A stretch of DNA of 64,000 bases from an uncultured Bacteroidales bacterium (GTDB taxonomy: Bacteria; Bacteroidota; Bacteroidia; Bacteroidales; Paludibacteraceae), in assembly GCA_900321605.1 (NCBI GenBank), contig ONWR01000005.1:39409-103408 (forward strand), given 5' to 3'. Position numbers and translations under genes: made by a program. Below, in pieces: positions 19,020-29,403 of the stretch (position 1 is the stretch's first letter; every line of letters starts with the position of its first letter). The notes under the pieces were generated by a model. It searched no databases and was not told the origin of the DNA. It was given only the letters and a program-made list of their open reading frames with translations.

Positions 19020-20777
19020 ATGACAACTGGAAAAGTTAAAGGAATTATTGCCAACTTGGTGACCGTCGCAGTTGATGGTCCGGTTGCGCAAAACGAAATT
19101 TGCTACATCTATGTTGGCGAGACCAAACTGATGGCTGAGGTCATCAAAGTCATCGGCGTCAATGTATATGCGCAGGTATTCGAGTCCACTCGTGGTCTGA
19201 AAGTGGGCAACAATGTGGAGTTCACAGGTCACATGCTTGAGGTGACACTCGGTCCCGGTCTGCTCAGCCGTAACTACGACGGTCTGCAGAACGACCTTGA
19301 CAAACTCACAGGTGTGTTCCTCAAACGTGGTGAGTACAACTTCCCGCTTGACGAGCAGAAGAAATGGGCATTCACCCCTATCGCCAAAGTCGGCGATAAG
19401 GTCGAAGCTGCTGCTTGGCTTGGTGAGGTAGATGAGAACCATCAGCCGCACAAGATCATGGTGCCTTTTGTCTTTGAAGGTACTTATACCGTGAAATCCA
19501 TTGCCAAAGCTGGTGAGTACACCATCAACGAAGTGATGGCGGTTCTGACCGATGCAGAAGGTAACGACCATGAGGTAACCATGGTTCAGAAATGGCCGGT
19601 AAAGAAAGCGATCCTCGCTTATCGTGAGAAACCGCGTCCTTTCAAACTCCTCGAAACAGGTGTTCGTACTATCGACACAGCGAACCCGCTTTGTGAAGGT
19701 GGAACAGGCTTTATTCCTGGTCCGTTCGGTACCGGTAAGACCGTGCTTCAGCACGCAATCTCCAAACAAGCCGAGGCAGACATCGTAATCATCGCTGCCT
19801 GTGGTGAGCGTGCGAATGAGGTCGTAGAGACCTTTACCGAGTTCCCGGAACTCGAGGACCCGCACACAGGACGTAAGCTCATGGAGCGTACCATCATCAT
19901 CGCCAACACATCGAACATGCCTGTCGCTTCTCGTGAGGCGTCCGTTTATACGTCCATGACCATCGCCGAGTACTATCGTTCGATGGGTCTGCGTGTTCTC
20001 CTTATGGCGGACTCCACTTCCCGTTGGGCACAAGCTCTCCGTGAGATGTCTAACCGTCTGGAGGAGCTTCCTGGACAGGATGCTTTCCCGATGGACCTCT
20101 CCGCTATCATCGGCGCGTTCTATGCGCGCGCAGGTTACGTGTACCTTAATAATGGAGCTACCGGTTCTGTTACTTTCCTCGGTACCGTTTCGCCTGCCGG
20201 TGGTAACCTCAAAGAGCCGGTTACCGAAGGTACGAAGAAAGTGGCACGTTGTTTCTACGCTTTGGAACAAGCTCGTGCCGACCGCAAACGTTACCCGGCT
20301 GTGAACCCGATTGACTCGTACTCCAAATATGTGGAATACCCTGAGTTTGAGGAGTATATCTCTAATCTGATTGACAAAGAGTGGCTGCCGATGGTGAACG
20401 ACATGAAGACGTACCTGCAACGCGGTAAAGAGATTCAGGAGCAGATCAACATCCTTGGTGATGATGGTGTGCCTGTAGATTACCACGAGGCATTCTGGAA
20501 ATCCGAAGTCATCGACTTCGTCATTCTCCAGCAGGATGCCTTCGATAAGATCGATGCCGTTTGTCCGTTGGATCGTCAGCAGTATATGTTGCGTCTCGTA
20601 ATGGACATCTGCAATCATGACTACGATTTCGATAACTTCCTTGACGTCATCGATTACTTCAAACGCATCATCAACCTCTGCAAACAGATGAACTACTGTG
20701 AGTTCCATTCCGCAGACTTTGAAGACTACCGCAAGAAACTCGATGCCCTTATTGCGGAGAAGCAGATTGCTGCGTAA
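19020..20777 (+). CDS. ntpA: V-type ATP synthase subunit A (catalytic)
   Basis: Walker A GPFGTGKTV; the blocks ACGERANEV and PGQDAFP are present; 585 aa. Confidence 0.95.
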   Translation: MTTGKVKGIIANLVTVAVDGPVAQNEICYIYVGETKLMAEVIKVIGVNVYAQVFESTRGLKVGNNVEFTGHMLEVTLGPGLLSRNYDGLQNDLDKLTGVFLKRGEYNFPLDEQKKWAFTPIAKVGDKVEAAAWLGEVDENHQPHKIMVPFVFEGTYTVKSIAKAGEYTINEVMAVLTDAEGNDHEVTMVQKWPVKKAILAYREKPRPFKLLETGVRTIDTANPLCEGGTGFIPGPFGTGKTVLQHAISKQAEADIVIIAACGERANEVVETFTEFPELEDPHTGRKLMERTIIIANTSNMPVASREASVYTSMTIAEYYRSMGLRVLLMADSTSRWAQALREMSNRLEELPGQDAFPMDLSAIIGAFYARAGYVYLNNGATGSVTFLGTVSPAGGNLKEPVTEGTKKVARCFYALEQARADRKRYPAVNPIDSYSKYVEYPEFEEYISNLIDKEWLPMVNDMKTYLQRGKEIQEQINILGDDGVPVDYHEAFWKSEVIDFVILQQDAFDKIDAVCPLDRQQYMLRLVMDICNHDYDFDNFLDVIDYFKRIINLCKQMNYCEFHSADFEDYRKKLDALIAEKQIAA

Positions 20778-20839
20778 ATCGTAAATAATGACAATCGTAA
20801 ATAAATCGTACATCGTAAATCGTTAAATCGTAAATTATT
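20775..20839. repeat. AATCGTAAAT / CGTACAT oligomer array
   Basis: About six copies of (A)ATCGTA(A/C)AT fill the A-B spacer. Confidence 0.9.
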
Positions 20840-22168
20840 ATGGCAAAAGCTTTTCAAAAGATATATACGCAGATATCTGCGATCACGAAAGCGACCTGTT
20901 CGTTGAAAGCCGAGGGCGTTGGTAACGATGAGCTCGCTACCGTCAACGGCAAACTCGCACAGGTAGTAAAAATCCTTGGTGACGAGGTGACCCTTCAGGT
21001 GTTCCAAGGAACCGAAGGTCTTCCGACCAACGCAGAAGTGGTATTCCTTGGCAAGGCTCCGAGTCTGAAGGTCTCTGACCAACTCGCAGGCCGTTTCTTC
21101 AATGCGTACGGCGACCCGATTGATGGCGGACCTGCTATCGAGGGTAAGGACGTAGAAATCGGTGGCCCTTCTGTGAACCCCGTTCGTCGTAAACAACCGT
21201 CAGAGTTGATTGCTACGGGTATTGCAGGTATTGACCTGAACAACACCCTCGTTTCCGGACAGAAGATTCCGTTCTTCGCGGATCCGGATCAGCCGTACAA
21301 TCAAGTGATGGCAAACGTAGCTCTCCGTGCAGAGGCAGACAAGATCATCCTTGGTGGTATGGGTCTGACCAACGATGACTACCTCTATTTCAAGAACGTC
21401 TTCTCCAATGCCGGCGTGCTTGACCACATCGTTTCGTTCGTCAACACGACCGAGAACCCGCCGGTTGAGCGTCTTCTGATTCCGGATATGGCGCTTACTG
21501 CCGCAGAGTATTTCGCAGTAGAGAAACACGAGAAAGTGCTTGTTCTCTTGACCGACATGACGCTCTATGCCGATGCCTTGGCTATCGTCTCGAACCGTAT
21601 GGACCAGATTCCTTCGAAAGACTCCATGCCGGGTTCGCTCTATTCGGACCTTGCTAAGATCTACGAGAAGGCAGTTCAGTTCCCGGAGGAAATCGGTGGT
21701 GGCTCTATCACCATCATCGCCGTAACAACCCTTTCCGGTGGTGACATCACACACGCTATTCCGGATAACACCGGTTACATCACAGAGGGTCAGCTCTATC
21801 TCCGTCGTGACTCCGAAATCGGTAAAGTCATCGTCGATCCGTTCCGTTCGCTCTCTCGTCTGAAACAGTTGGTTGCCGGCAAGAAGACCCGCGAAGATCA
21901 TCCGCAGGTAATGAACGCTGCCGTTCGTCTCTATGCCGACGCAGCTAACGCCAAGACCAAGAAAGAGAACGGTTTCGATCTGACCGACTACGATAACCGC
22001 TGTCTGAAGTTCGCACGCGACTACAGCCGTGAGATCCTCGCTATCGACGTGAACATCAATACCGTTCAGATGCTCGACGTAGCTTGGCAGCTCTTCGCTG
22101 AATACTTCAAACCCGAAGAGGTAAACATCAAAGCCGCTCTTGTGGAGAAATATTGGCCGGCTAAATGA
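20840..22168 (+). CDS. ntpB: V-type ATP synthase subunit B
   Basis: 442 aa. V/A-type B subunit blocks are present (GQKIPFF, DMTLYADAL, PSKDSMPGSLYSDLA). Confidence 0.95.
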   Translation: MAKAFQKIYTQISAITKATCSLKAEGVGNDELATVNGKLAQVVKILGDEVTLQVFQGTEGLPTNAEVVFLGKAPSLKVSDQLAGRFFNAYGDPIDGGPAIEGKDVEIGGPSVNPVRRKQPSELIATGIAGIDLNNTLVSGQKIPFFADPDQPYNQVMANVALRAEADKIILGGMGLTNDDYLYFKNVFSNAGVLDHIVSFVNTTENPPVERLLIPDMALTAAEYFAVEKHEKVLVLLTDMTLYADALAIVSNRMDQIPSKDSMPGSLYSDLAKIYEKAVQFPEEIGGGSITIIAVTTLSGGDITHAIPDNTGYITEGQLYLRRDSEIGKVIVDPFRSLSRLKQLVAGKKTREDHPQVMNAAVRLYADAANAKTKKENGFDLTDYDNRCLKFARDYSREILAIDVNINTVQMLDVAWQLFAEYFKPEEVNIKAALVEKYWPAK

Positions 22169-22202
22169 GAAAATTTTAAAATGAGAAAATAAGAAAATAG
22201 CC

Positions 22203-22835
22203 ATGGCTATAACTTACCAGTTTAATAAAACGTCACTGCAGACTTTGGAGAAAGATCTGAAGATGCGGCAACGGTCTTTGCCCACTTTGCAAAGCAAAGA
22301 GACTGCTCTGCGCTTGGAAGTAAAGAAGGCGAAGCACGAACTCGACGAATTGGATCAAGAAGTCGAGCGCCGTATTAAGGATTACGACCAGATGATTGCA
22401 CTTTGGGGTGAGTTTGACACTTCGCTTATCCACGTGGACGACGTGCGCATGTCTATTAAAAAGATTGCGGGCGTACGCGTACCTGTGTTGGATGAAGTCG
22501 TCTATTCCACCAAAGAGTTCTCGCTCTTCTCGTCGCCCAAATGGTTTGCAGATGGTTTTGAGCAGCTCAAGACCATAGCCGATGTGGGTATCCGTCAGGA
22601 GTTTGTACGTCGCAAAGTGGATCTCTTGGAATATGCGCGTAAGAAAACGACGCAGAAAGTGAACCTCTTTGAGAAAGTGCAAATCCCCGGTTATCAGGAG
22701 GCTATCCGTAAAATCAAACGATTTATGGAAGACGAAGAGAATCTGAATAAATCAAGTCAGAAAATCATTAAGAGCAAACGTGAGAAAGAAGCTCGCGAGG
22801 CTGAGGAACTGAAGCAGAAAGGAGGTAACGCATGA
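22203..22835 (+). CDS. ntpD: V-type ATP synthase subunit D
   Basis: 210 aa coiled-coil protein in the operon position after B. Confidence 0.8.
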   Translation: MAITYQFNKTSLQTLEKDLKMRQRSLPTLQSKETALRLEVKKAKHELDELDQEVERRIKDYDQMIALWGEFDTSLIHVDDVRMSIKKIAGVRVPVLDEVVYSTKEFSLFSSPKWFADGFEQLKTIADVGIRQEFVRRKVDLLEYARKKTTQKVNLFEKVQIPGYQEAIRKIKRFMEDEENLNKSSQKIIKSKREKEAREAEELKQKGGNA

Positions 22836-24595
22836 TTACGCAAATGAAGAAATATACCTTCTTGGTATTCCATCGTGATTATGAGCCCTTCCTGACGCAG
22901 CTTCGTGACCTTGGCGTAGTACATATCACGCAGAAAGCAGCAGGTCTCATCGAAGATGATGAGAAACTGCAAGCTGCTCTCCAGCATGAGGATGAACTCC
23001 GCCATTTGCTCAAGCAAGGTGCTCCGGATCAACTGATTCAGGAACTCGCAAACATCAAACAAAGCATCGAAGATGCCAAAAATGCGGCTTCTCAAGTTGC
23101 CGTTTGGGGTGATTTCGATACAGAGCGTATTGATGCGCTGAGCAAAGCCGGTTATACACTTCGTTTCTACTCTTGTGGTGCCAATGCGTATCAGGAAAAG
23201 TGGGGTATAAAAGTCTCGGAGAAAGAGGGTAAGACCTATTTCGTTAGCATAAATGAAAATAACGAAAACGACGTAGCTCTCGAAAACGATGCCACTTTAT
23301 TACCTGCTCCCGAGAAATCGGCTGCACAATATATGCAGGAAGTGGAGCACCTCAAAGGCCTCATGGCGGCAGCCAATGCGCGTATTGAAGCATGGCAGTT
23401 GGCAAACTTGGAGGACATCAAAGAGCAACTCAAAGAAGCACGTCAACAGATAGATTGGCAGCGAGTTACGCTCTCTACCGATAAACTCGCAGAAGGTTCG
23501 CTCTGTCTCTTTGAGGGCTTCTGTCCGATTGATAAAGAAGCAGAACTGAATGCGATGCTCGAATCCGCACAGGTATATTTCGAATCGGAGGAACCGGCAA
23601 AAGAAGATAACACTCCCATCGAATTGAAGAATAACTTCTATACGCGGTTGTTTGAACCTATCACGCGGCTCTATTCTTTACCGAACTACGCAGAGTTAGA
23701 CCCGACGCCGTTCTTTGCCCCGTTCTTTATGCTCTTCTTCGGATTGTGTCTGGGTGACGGCGGTTACGGTCTGGTTATCCTGCTTGCCGGACTTGCGGTT
23801 ATCTTCAAGGCTCCGAAACTCAAGGAGTGGGGATGGCTAGGCGTATTCATGGGCTTGACGACCATGGTCGTAGGCATTCTTACCGGCATGTTCTTTGGTA
23901 TCAACCTGGAAGAAGTAGCAGTGCTTGCTCCGGTAAAGCAGTATTTCATAACGGAGACGAATGCTACCGTACACTTCATGGGCGGCGCATACCATCCGAT
24001 GATGGTCTTTGCCATCCTGATTGGTATCTTCCAGATTCTTTTTGCCATGGGCTTTAAGGTGGTGAAGATTACGCTCCGTGACGGCTTTAAATATGCGGCA
24101 TACGACTGCGCTTGGTTGGTTGCATTGGTGACGCTTATCGTCTGGTTTGCTCTTTCCGGATCACTCTCCCCGATAGGCTTATATACCATTTATGGTATAT
24201 TGGGTCTGTGCGCATTGTTTATCCTGTTCTACAGCAACCCCGATCGCAAGGTCCTTTTGCTCAATGTCGGAGGAGGTTTGTGGGGAACGTATAACATGGT
24301 CAGTGGTCTCTTGGGCGATGTGCTCAGCTATATCCGTCTGTTTGCGTTAGGTCTCGCCGGAGGTATTCTCGGAAATGTCTTCAATGCGCTTGCATTGCAG
24401 GCCGGCGGCGCTTGTCCAAGCTGGATAGGATGGCTTCCTACATTGCTTATCCTTGTCTTTGGTCACTCTCTGAACTTCGCGTTGTGTCTTATCTCATCGG
24501 TGGTACACCCGATGCGTCTTACCTTCGTTGAGTTCTATAAGAATGCCGGATTTGAAGGAGGAGGAAAAGAGTACAAACCTTTTGCTAAACATTAA
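22832..24595 (+). CDS. ntpI: V-type ATP synthase subunit I (a-subunit)
   Basis: 587 aa with a soluble N-half and a polytopic C-half that includes the conserved Arg context LSYIRLFALGLAG. It is preceded by AAGGAGGT at 22819-22826. Confidence 0.85.
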   Translation: MITQMKKYTFLVFHRDYEPFLTQLRDLGVVHITQKAAGLIEDDEKLQAALQHEDELRHLLKQGAPDQLIQELANIKQSIEDAKNAASQVAVWGDFDTERIDALSKAGYTLRFYSCGANAYQEKWGIKVSEKEGKTYFVSINENNENDVALENDATLLPAPEKSAAQYMQEVEHLKGLMAAANARIEAWQLANLEDIKEQLKEARQQIDWQRVTLSTDKLAEGSLCLFEGFCPIDKEAELNAMLESAQVYFESEEPAKEDNTPIELKNNFYTRLFEPITRLYSLPNYAELDPTPFFAPFFMLFFGLCLGDGGYGLVILLAGLAVIFKAPKLKEWGWLGVFMGLTTMVVGILTGMFFGINLEEVAVLAPVKQYFITETNATVHFMGGAYHPMMVFAILIGIFQILFAMGFKVVKITLRDGFKYAAYDCAWLVALVTLIVWFALSGSLSPIGLYTIYGILGLCALFILFYSNPDRKVLLLNVGGGLWGTYNMVSGLLGDVLSYIRLFALGLAGGILGNVFNALALQAGGACPSWIGWLPTLLILVFGHSLNFALCLISSVVHPMRLTFVEFYKNAGFEGGGKEYKPFAKH

Positions 24596-24602
24596 ATATT
24601 AA

Positions 24603-25097
<495 letters not shown>

Positions 25098-25117
25098 TCC
25101 ATTAAAGCTAAACGAAA

Positions 25118-26035
25118 ATGCTAAAAGCATTTGTTTTTCCCGGACAGGGAAGTCAATTTCCGGGCATGTGCAAAGATCTGTACGATGCACACGCAGAAGC
25201 CCGCGAGATGTTCCAAGCAGCTGACAGGCTGCTTGGCTTCTCGCTGACGGATGTGATGTTCAACGGCACAGCCGATGATCTGAAGCAGACCAAAGTGACG
25301 CAACCGGCAGTGTTCCTGCACTCGGTGGTAGCACAACGTCTGATGACCATCGAGAAGCCCGACATGGTAGCCGGACACAGTCTGGGTGAGTTCAGCGCGT
25401 TGGTAGCATGTGGCGCATTGCGTTTTGAGGACGCCTTATTATTAGTGTCCGCGCGTGCGCAAGCGATGCAGGCTGCCTGTGAGGCGAACCCCGGCACGAT
25501 GGCTGCCGTTCTTGGTCTTGACGATGAGAAAGTAGTCGAAATCTGTGACCAAATCACAAACAACTTCAAACAAGCCGAAGGCTCAAACCTTCAAACTACT
25601 TCAAACCACGTTGTGGTTGCTGCTAACTTCAACAACCCCGGACAGATTGTTATCTCCGGCGAGGTGGAGGCAGTAGATGCTGCTTGTGTGGCGCTCAAAG
25701 AAGCAGGAGCTCGTCGTGCGCTTCGTCTTAATGTGGGCGGTGCATTTCACTCTCCGTTGATGCAGCCTGCCGCAGAAGATCTGAAGGCTGCGATCCTCAA
25801 AACGGATTTCCACAAACCTTTCTGTCCGATTTATCAGAACGTCACTGCCAAAGCAGAGACGAATCCTGAAACTATCCGCGAAAACCTCTTAAAACAACTC
25901 ACAGCCCCCGTTCGCTGGACGCAGAGCGTGCAAAACATGATTGCGGACGGCGCAACTCAGTTCTATGAGTTTGGTCCCGGAGATGTCCTGAAAGGCATGA
26001 TCCGAAAGATCAATGCAGAGGTACAAGTGGGATAA
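25118..26035 (+). CDS. fabD: ACP S-malonyltransferase
   Basis: FPGQGSQ, the active-site GHSLGE and GGAFHSPLM are present. Confidence 0.9.
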   Translation: MLKAFVFPGQGSQFPGMCKDLYDAHAEAREMFQAADRLLGFSLTDVMFNGTADDLKQTKVTQPAVFLHSVVAQRLMTIEKPDMVAGHSLGEFSALVACGALRFEDALLLVSARAQAMQAACEANPGTMAAVLGLDDEKVVEICDQITNNFKQAEGSNLQTTSNHVVVAANFNNPGQIVISGEVEAVDAACVALKEAGARRALRLNVGGAFHSPLMQPAAEDLKAAILKTDFHKPFCPIYQNVTAKAETNPETIRENLLKQLTAPVRWTQSVQNMIADGATQFYEFGPGDVLKGMIRKINAEVQVG

Positions 26036-26062
26036 GTAAATCCAAAAGTAACGATAAGAGAA

Positions 26063-26836
26063 ATGAAAGATATCTTTGATTTAACAGGCCGCGTGGCGTT
26101 GGTAACAGGTTGTTCGGGCGGCTTAGGAGTGCAGATGGCCAATGCGTTGGCTGCTCGTGGGGCGAACTTAGTGATCATAGCTCGTCGTTACGAGAAATTA
26201 GTAGAAGTACAGAAAGCTATCGAGGCTCAGTACGGCGTCAAGGTGTTACCGCTCCAATGCGACATCACATCGACCGAAGCGGTAGAAACCATGGTAGATG
26301 AGGCACTCCAACAAGTTGGACACATCGATATTGTGGTCAACAATGCCGGAACAGGAGCAGTAGCTCCCGCAGAGGACATTACCGATGCGCAGTTTGAGAA
26401 TGAGATGCAGATTGATCTCTTTGGTACCTTCCGTGTGGCTCGTGCTGTAGCCAAGAAATCCATGATCCCGAATAACTACGGTCGCGTGATCAATATCGCA
26501 TCTATGTATGGTCTTGTGGGTAATAAGATTGCGCCCGCTTCGCCTTACCATGCAGCAAAAGGCGGTGTTGTCAATCTGACACGCGCTTTGGCGGCGGAAT
26601 GGGGTAAGTACGGTATTACGGTGAATACCATTTGCCCGGGTTATTTCATTACCCCGCTGACCAAAGAGACCTTGGAGTCCGAGTATTTCGCTAACTATGC
26701 CAAGACGGTTATCCCGATGGAGCGTTACGGTCATGAGGGCGAACTGGACAGCGCAGTAGTTTTCCTCGCTTCCAATGCGTCAACTTATGTCACCGGCGTA
26801 GCACTTCCTGTTGATGGCGGTTATACATGCGTATAA
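26063..26836 (+). CDS. SDR family oxidoreductase
   Basis: TGxxxGxG (VTGCSGGLG), NNAG and YxxxK (YHAAK) are present. Confidence 0.85.
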   Translation: MKDIFDLTGRVALVTGCSGGLGVQMANALAARGANLVIIARRYEKLVEVQKAIEAQYGVKVLPLQCDITSTEAVETMVDEALQQVGHIDIVVNNAGTGAVAPAEDITDAQFENEMQIDLFGTFRVARAVAKKSMIPNNYGRVINIASMYGLVGNKIAPASPYHAAKGGVVNLTRALAAEWGKYGITVNTICPGYFITPLTKETLESEYFANYAKTVIPMERYGHEGELDSAVVFLASNASTYVTGVALPVDGGYTCV

Positions 26837-26857
26837 AGATCCTTTTTATACATTTGA

Positions 26858-26885
26858 AAGGAGTCCTTCGGGGCTCTTTTTTTTT
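26858..26885 (+). terminator. Intrinsic terminator after the SDR gene
   Basis: GAGTCC-TTCG-GGGCTC followed by T9. Confidence 0.75.
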
Positions 26886-26956
26886 GCTCCGAAAATAGTT
26901 TGGCACGATGTTTGTAAATACCTTTGTGAATGTGTAACCCTTTAAAATTTATTGGT

Positions 26957-27505
26957 ATGAAAAAGATTGTAATTCTGGCAATTAGCGCCATTCTTGCGGT
27001 TAATATCAGCGCGCAGGAACAGAAGAAAGAACAGTTCGCAGGTAAGCAACTTAGTAAGGAAGAAAAGGTGGAGTTGAAGATCCAGCATCTGACTTAAGAA
27101 CTGATGTTGAGTGATCAACAAGCCGAGAAGTTTGCAGCTACTTTTCGCGAGTACGCAGCAGAGAAGGCAAAGCTCTTTTCCAAGAAGGACAAGAAGAAGT
27201 GTGAGCAAGGCAAGGAACTGAGCGATGCTGAATTGGATCAGTTGGCGAAACAGCGTTTTGAGGAGATGAAGAAGTTTGCGGATTTGCAAGCAAAGTACTA
27301 TGATAAGTTCCGCAAAGACCTCAGCGCACGTCAGGTAGAGCGGGTTCTTCATCTCAATGAGCCGTTTGGAAAGCCCTGTTGCGGTAAGGGATTCAAGCCG
27401 GGCGATAAGCCTTGTGGAAAGCAATGTGGCAAACATGAAGGTCCTTGTGGCGAAAAGCACGGCAAACATGAGCATAAGAAAGCAACGATGCCGGTAGCTG
27501 AATAA
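26957..27505 (+). pseudogene. Periplasmic Spy/CpxP-like repeat protein with a Cys/His-rich tail, interrupted by an in-frame TAA at 27095-27097
   Basis: A 46-codon ORF with a signal peptide (MKKIVILAISAILAVNISAQ...KIQHLT) runs in frame through one TAA into the listed ORF 27104..27505 (ELMLSDQQAEKF...). Confidence 0.55.
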
Positions 27506-27525
27506 GCCAAACGATGAGTGTAAAC

Positions 27526-27558
27526 AATAAACAGCAGCTCGAAAAGCTGCTGTTTATT
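27526..27558. terminator. Bidirectional terminator hairpin (14-bp stem)
   Basis: AATAAACAGCAGCT-CGAAA-AGCTGCTGTTTATT lies between convergent genes. Confidence 0.8.
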
Positions 27559-27609
27559 GGTATTGGGATGTGTAAATTGCTAAAATGATTTGGTCCTAAT
27601 AGATGGATT

Positions 27610-29220
27610 TTATCCTAATTTCTCCAAGGCTGCTTTGACGCGGCGAATCGTTTCGTCTTTGCCGAGGATGTCTGTAATATTCCAGATATGCGGACCACGA
27701 GCTGCGCCAACGAGACAAATACGGAAAGCATTCATGACGATGCCGACACCGTATTCGTGCGCTTCAATCCAAGGCATCACCACTTTGTCAAGATGCCAAA
27801 GTGTATTTACCATTTGGTCATTTACAATTTGTTCATTTTTATGCCAATCCTCTTCAGAAACGGTCTCGAGGAGCGTAATGAGTTCTGTCATGTGCTTCGG
27901 CGAGTCTTCTTTCCAACGTTTCTTGAGCGATTTCTCGTCATACTCGGTCGGGGCAACAAAGAAGAAGTTGACTTGCTCCCAGAGTTCGGGTACGAAGTTC
28001 ACACGGTCTTTGGTCAAACCGATGATTTTGGCGATTTCCTCGTTATTACGTAATGACGTGATCTCGTTATTACGAACGTGCTCCTCAAGAACAGGGCGGA
28101 ACATCTCTGCCAACTCTTCGTTGGAACGGAGTTGGAGGTATTGGTGGTTGAACCATTTGCCTTTCTCGTAGTCGAACTTAGCACCGGATTTGGACACACG
28201 GTCGAGCGAGAAGTCCTTGATCAGTTCGTCCATGGTGTACATCTCTTGGTCTCCGGATCCATGCCAACCCAGCAGGGCAAGGAAGTTAATAACCGCCTCG
28301 GGCAGATAGCCGCTCTCACGATAACCGGAAGAGACCGTTCCATCTTTCTGGTTGTGGAACTCTAATGGGAAGACAGGGAAACCAAGACGGTCACCGTCAC
28401 GTTTGGAGAGTTTGCCGTTTCCGTCGGGCTTGAGCAACAAAGGCAGATGGGCGAACTCAGGCATCGTATCCTGCCATCCGAATGCACGATAGAGCAGCAC
28501 ATGGAGCGGGGCAGAAGGTAACCATTCCTCACCACGGATGACGTGCGAGATCTCCATCAGATGGTCGTCCACGATGTTTGCCAAATGGTAAGTGGGCAGG
28601 TCGTCTGCGGATTTATAGAGCACCTTGTCGTCCAAGATATTGGAGTTGATAACCACCTCTCCACGGATGAGATCATGCACATGTACGTCCTCGTTCGGCT
28701 CCACTTTGAAGCGAACAACGTATTGAGATCCTGCACTGATGCAGGAGGCTACCTCGTCTGCGGACATCGTTAAGGAGTTGCGCATCTGAAGGCGCGTGCG
28801 TGCGTCGTATTGGAAATTGGGGATCTCAGCACGTTTGGCTTCGAGCTCTTCGGGCGTGTCGAAAGCGATATATGCATGACCGGAGTCGAGCAACTGCTTC
28901 ACGTACTGGTGATAGATCTCACGACGCTCAGACTGACGATAAGGACCGTGTTCTCCGACAGCTTCAATCTCTTTTGTGCCTTTCTTCAGACGAAGACCCT
29001 CGTCGATGCCGATACCGAGCCAATCCAGTGCTTCGAGGATATATTCCTCAGCTCCGGGTACGAAACGGGTGGAGTCGGTGTCCTCAATACGAAGGAGCAT
29101 GTCGCCTCCGTGCTGACGGGCAAACAGGTAGTTATACAATGCGGTACGAACACCGCCGATGTGTAAAGCGCCAGTTGGAGAGGGCGCAAAACGAACTCTT
29201 ACTCTTCTTTCCATATTCAA
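27610..29220 (-). CDS. gltX: Glutamate--tRNA ligase
   Basis: Class I motifs [11 protein letters not shown] and KLSKR are present. The exact start may instead be the second Met. Confidence 0.9.
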   Translation of the reverse strand: MNMERRVRVRFAPSPTGALHIGGVRTALYNYLFARQHGGDMLLRIEDTDSTRFVPGAEEYILEALDWLGIGIDEGLRLKKGTKEIEAVGEHGPYRQSERREIYHQYVKQLLDSGHAYIAFDTPEELEAKRAEIPNFQYDARTRLQMRNSLTMSADEVASCISAGSQYVVRFKVEPNEDVHVHDLIRGEVVINSNILDDKVLYKSADDLPTYHLANIVDDHLMEISHVIRGEEWLPSAPLHVLLYRAFGWQDTMPEFAHLPLLLKPDGNGKLSKRDGDRLGFPVFPLEFHNQKDGTVSSGYRESGYLPEAVINFLALLGWHGSGDQEMYTMDELIKDFSLDRVSKSGAKFDYEKGKWFNHQYLQLRSNEELAEMFRPVLEEHVRNNEITSLRNNEEIAKIIGLTKDRVNFVPELWEQVNFFFVAPTEYDEKSLKKRWKEDSPKHMTELITLLETVSEEDWHKNEQIVNDQMVNTLWHLDKVVMPWIEAHEYGVGIVMNAFRICLVGAARGPHIWNITDILGKDETIRRVKAALEKLG

Positions 29221-29236
29221 TAATCAAAATTGCGTG

Positions 29237-29268
29237 CAAAGGTACTACTTTTTTTGCATATATGCAAA
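29237..29268 (-). promoter_or_regulatory. Bacteroidota-type promoter facing gltX
   Basis: The plus strand reads CAAAGGTA-N20-CAAA. Confidence 0.6.
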
Positions 29269-29348
29269 TTTTAGAAATTAAAAATTAAAAATTATGAATT
29301 AAAAATGGATATTGGAGTAATAAAACGATACAAAAAATGCGCGCGTAC

Positions 29349-29379
29349 TTGCGTATGTCAAAAATTTTTTGTAATTTTG
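29349..29379 (+). promoter_or_regulatory. Bacteroidota-type promoter facing ffh (-7 TAATTTTG)
   Basis: TTG-N20-TAATTTTG. Confidence 0.6.
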
Positions 29380-29403
29380 CAGCCAAATTAAATTAGGTGT
29401 AAA

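Noticed and set aside
19011-20813. 600-aa ORF on the minus strand, antisense to V-ATPase subunit A.
   Set aside because: It mirrors a confidently identified gene, has no start context, promoter or recognisable motif, and its composition is typical of antisense frames of biased coding DNA. The same reasoning applies to 21200-22204, 40762-41820, 43475-44998, 37941-39302, 52068-53033, 16158-16985 and the many shorter shadow ORFs in the track.
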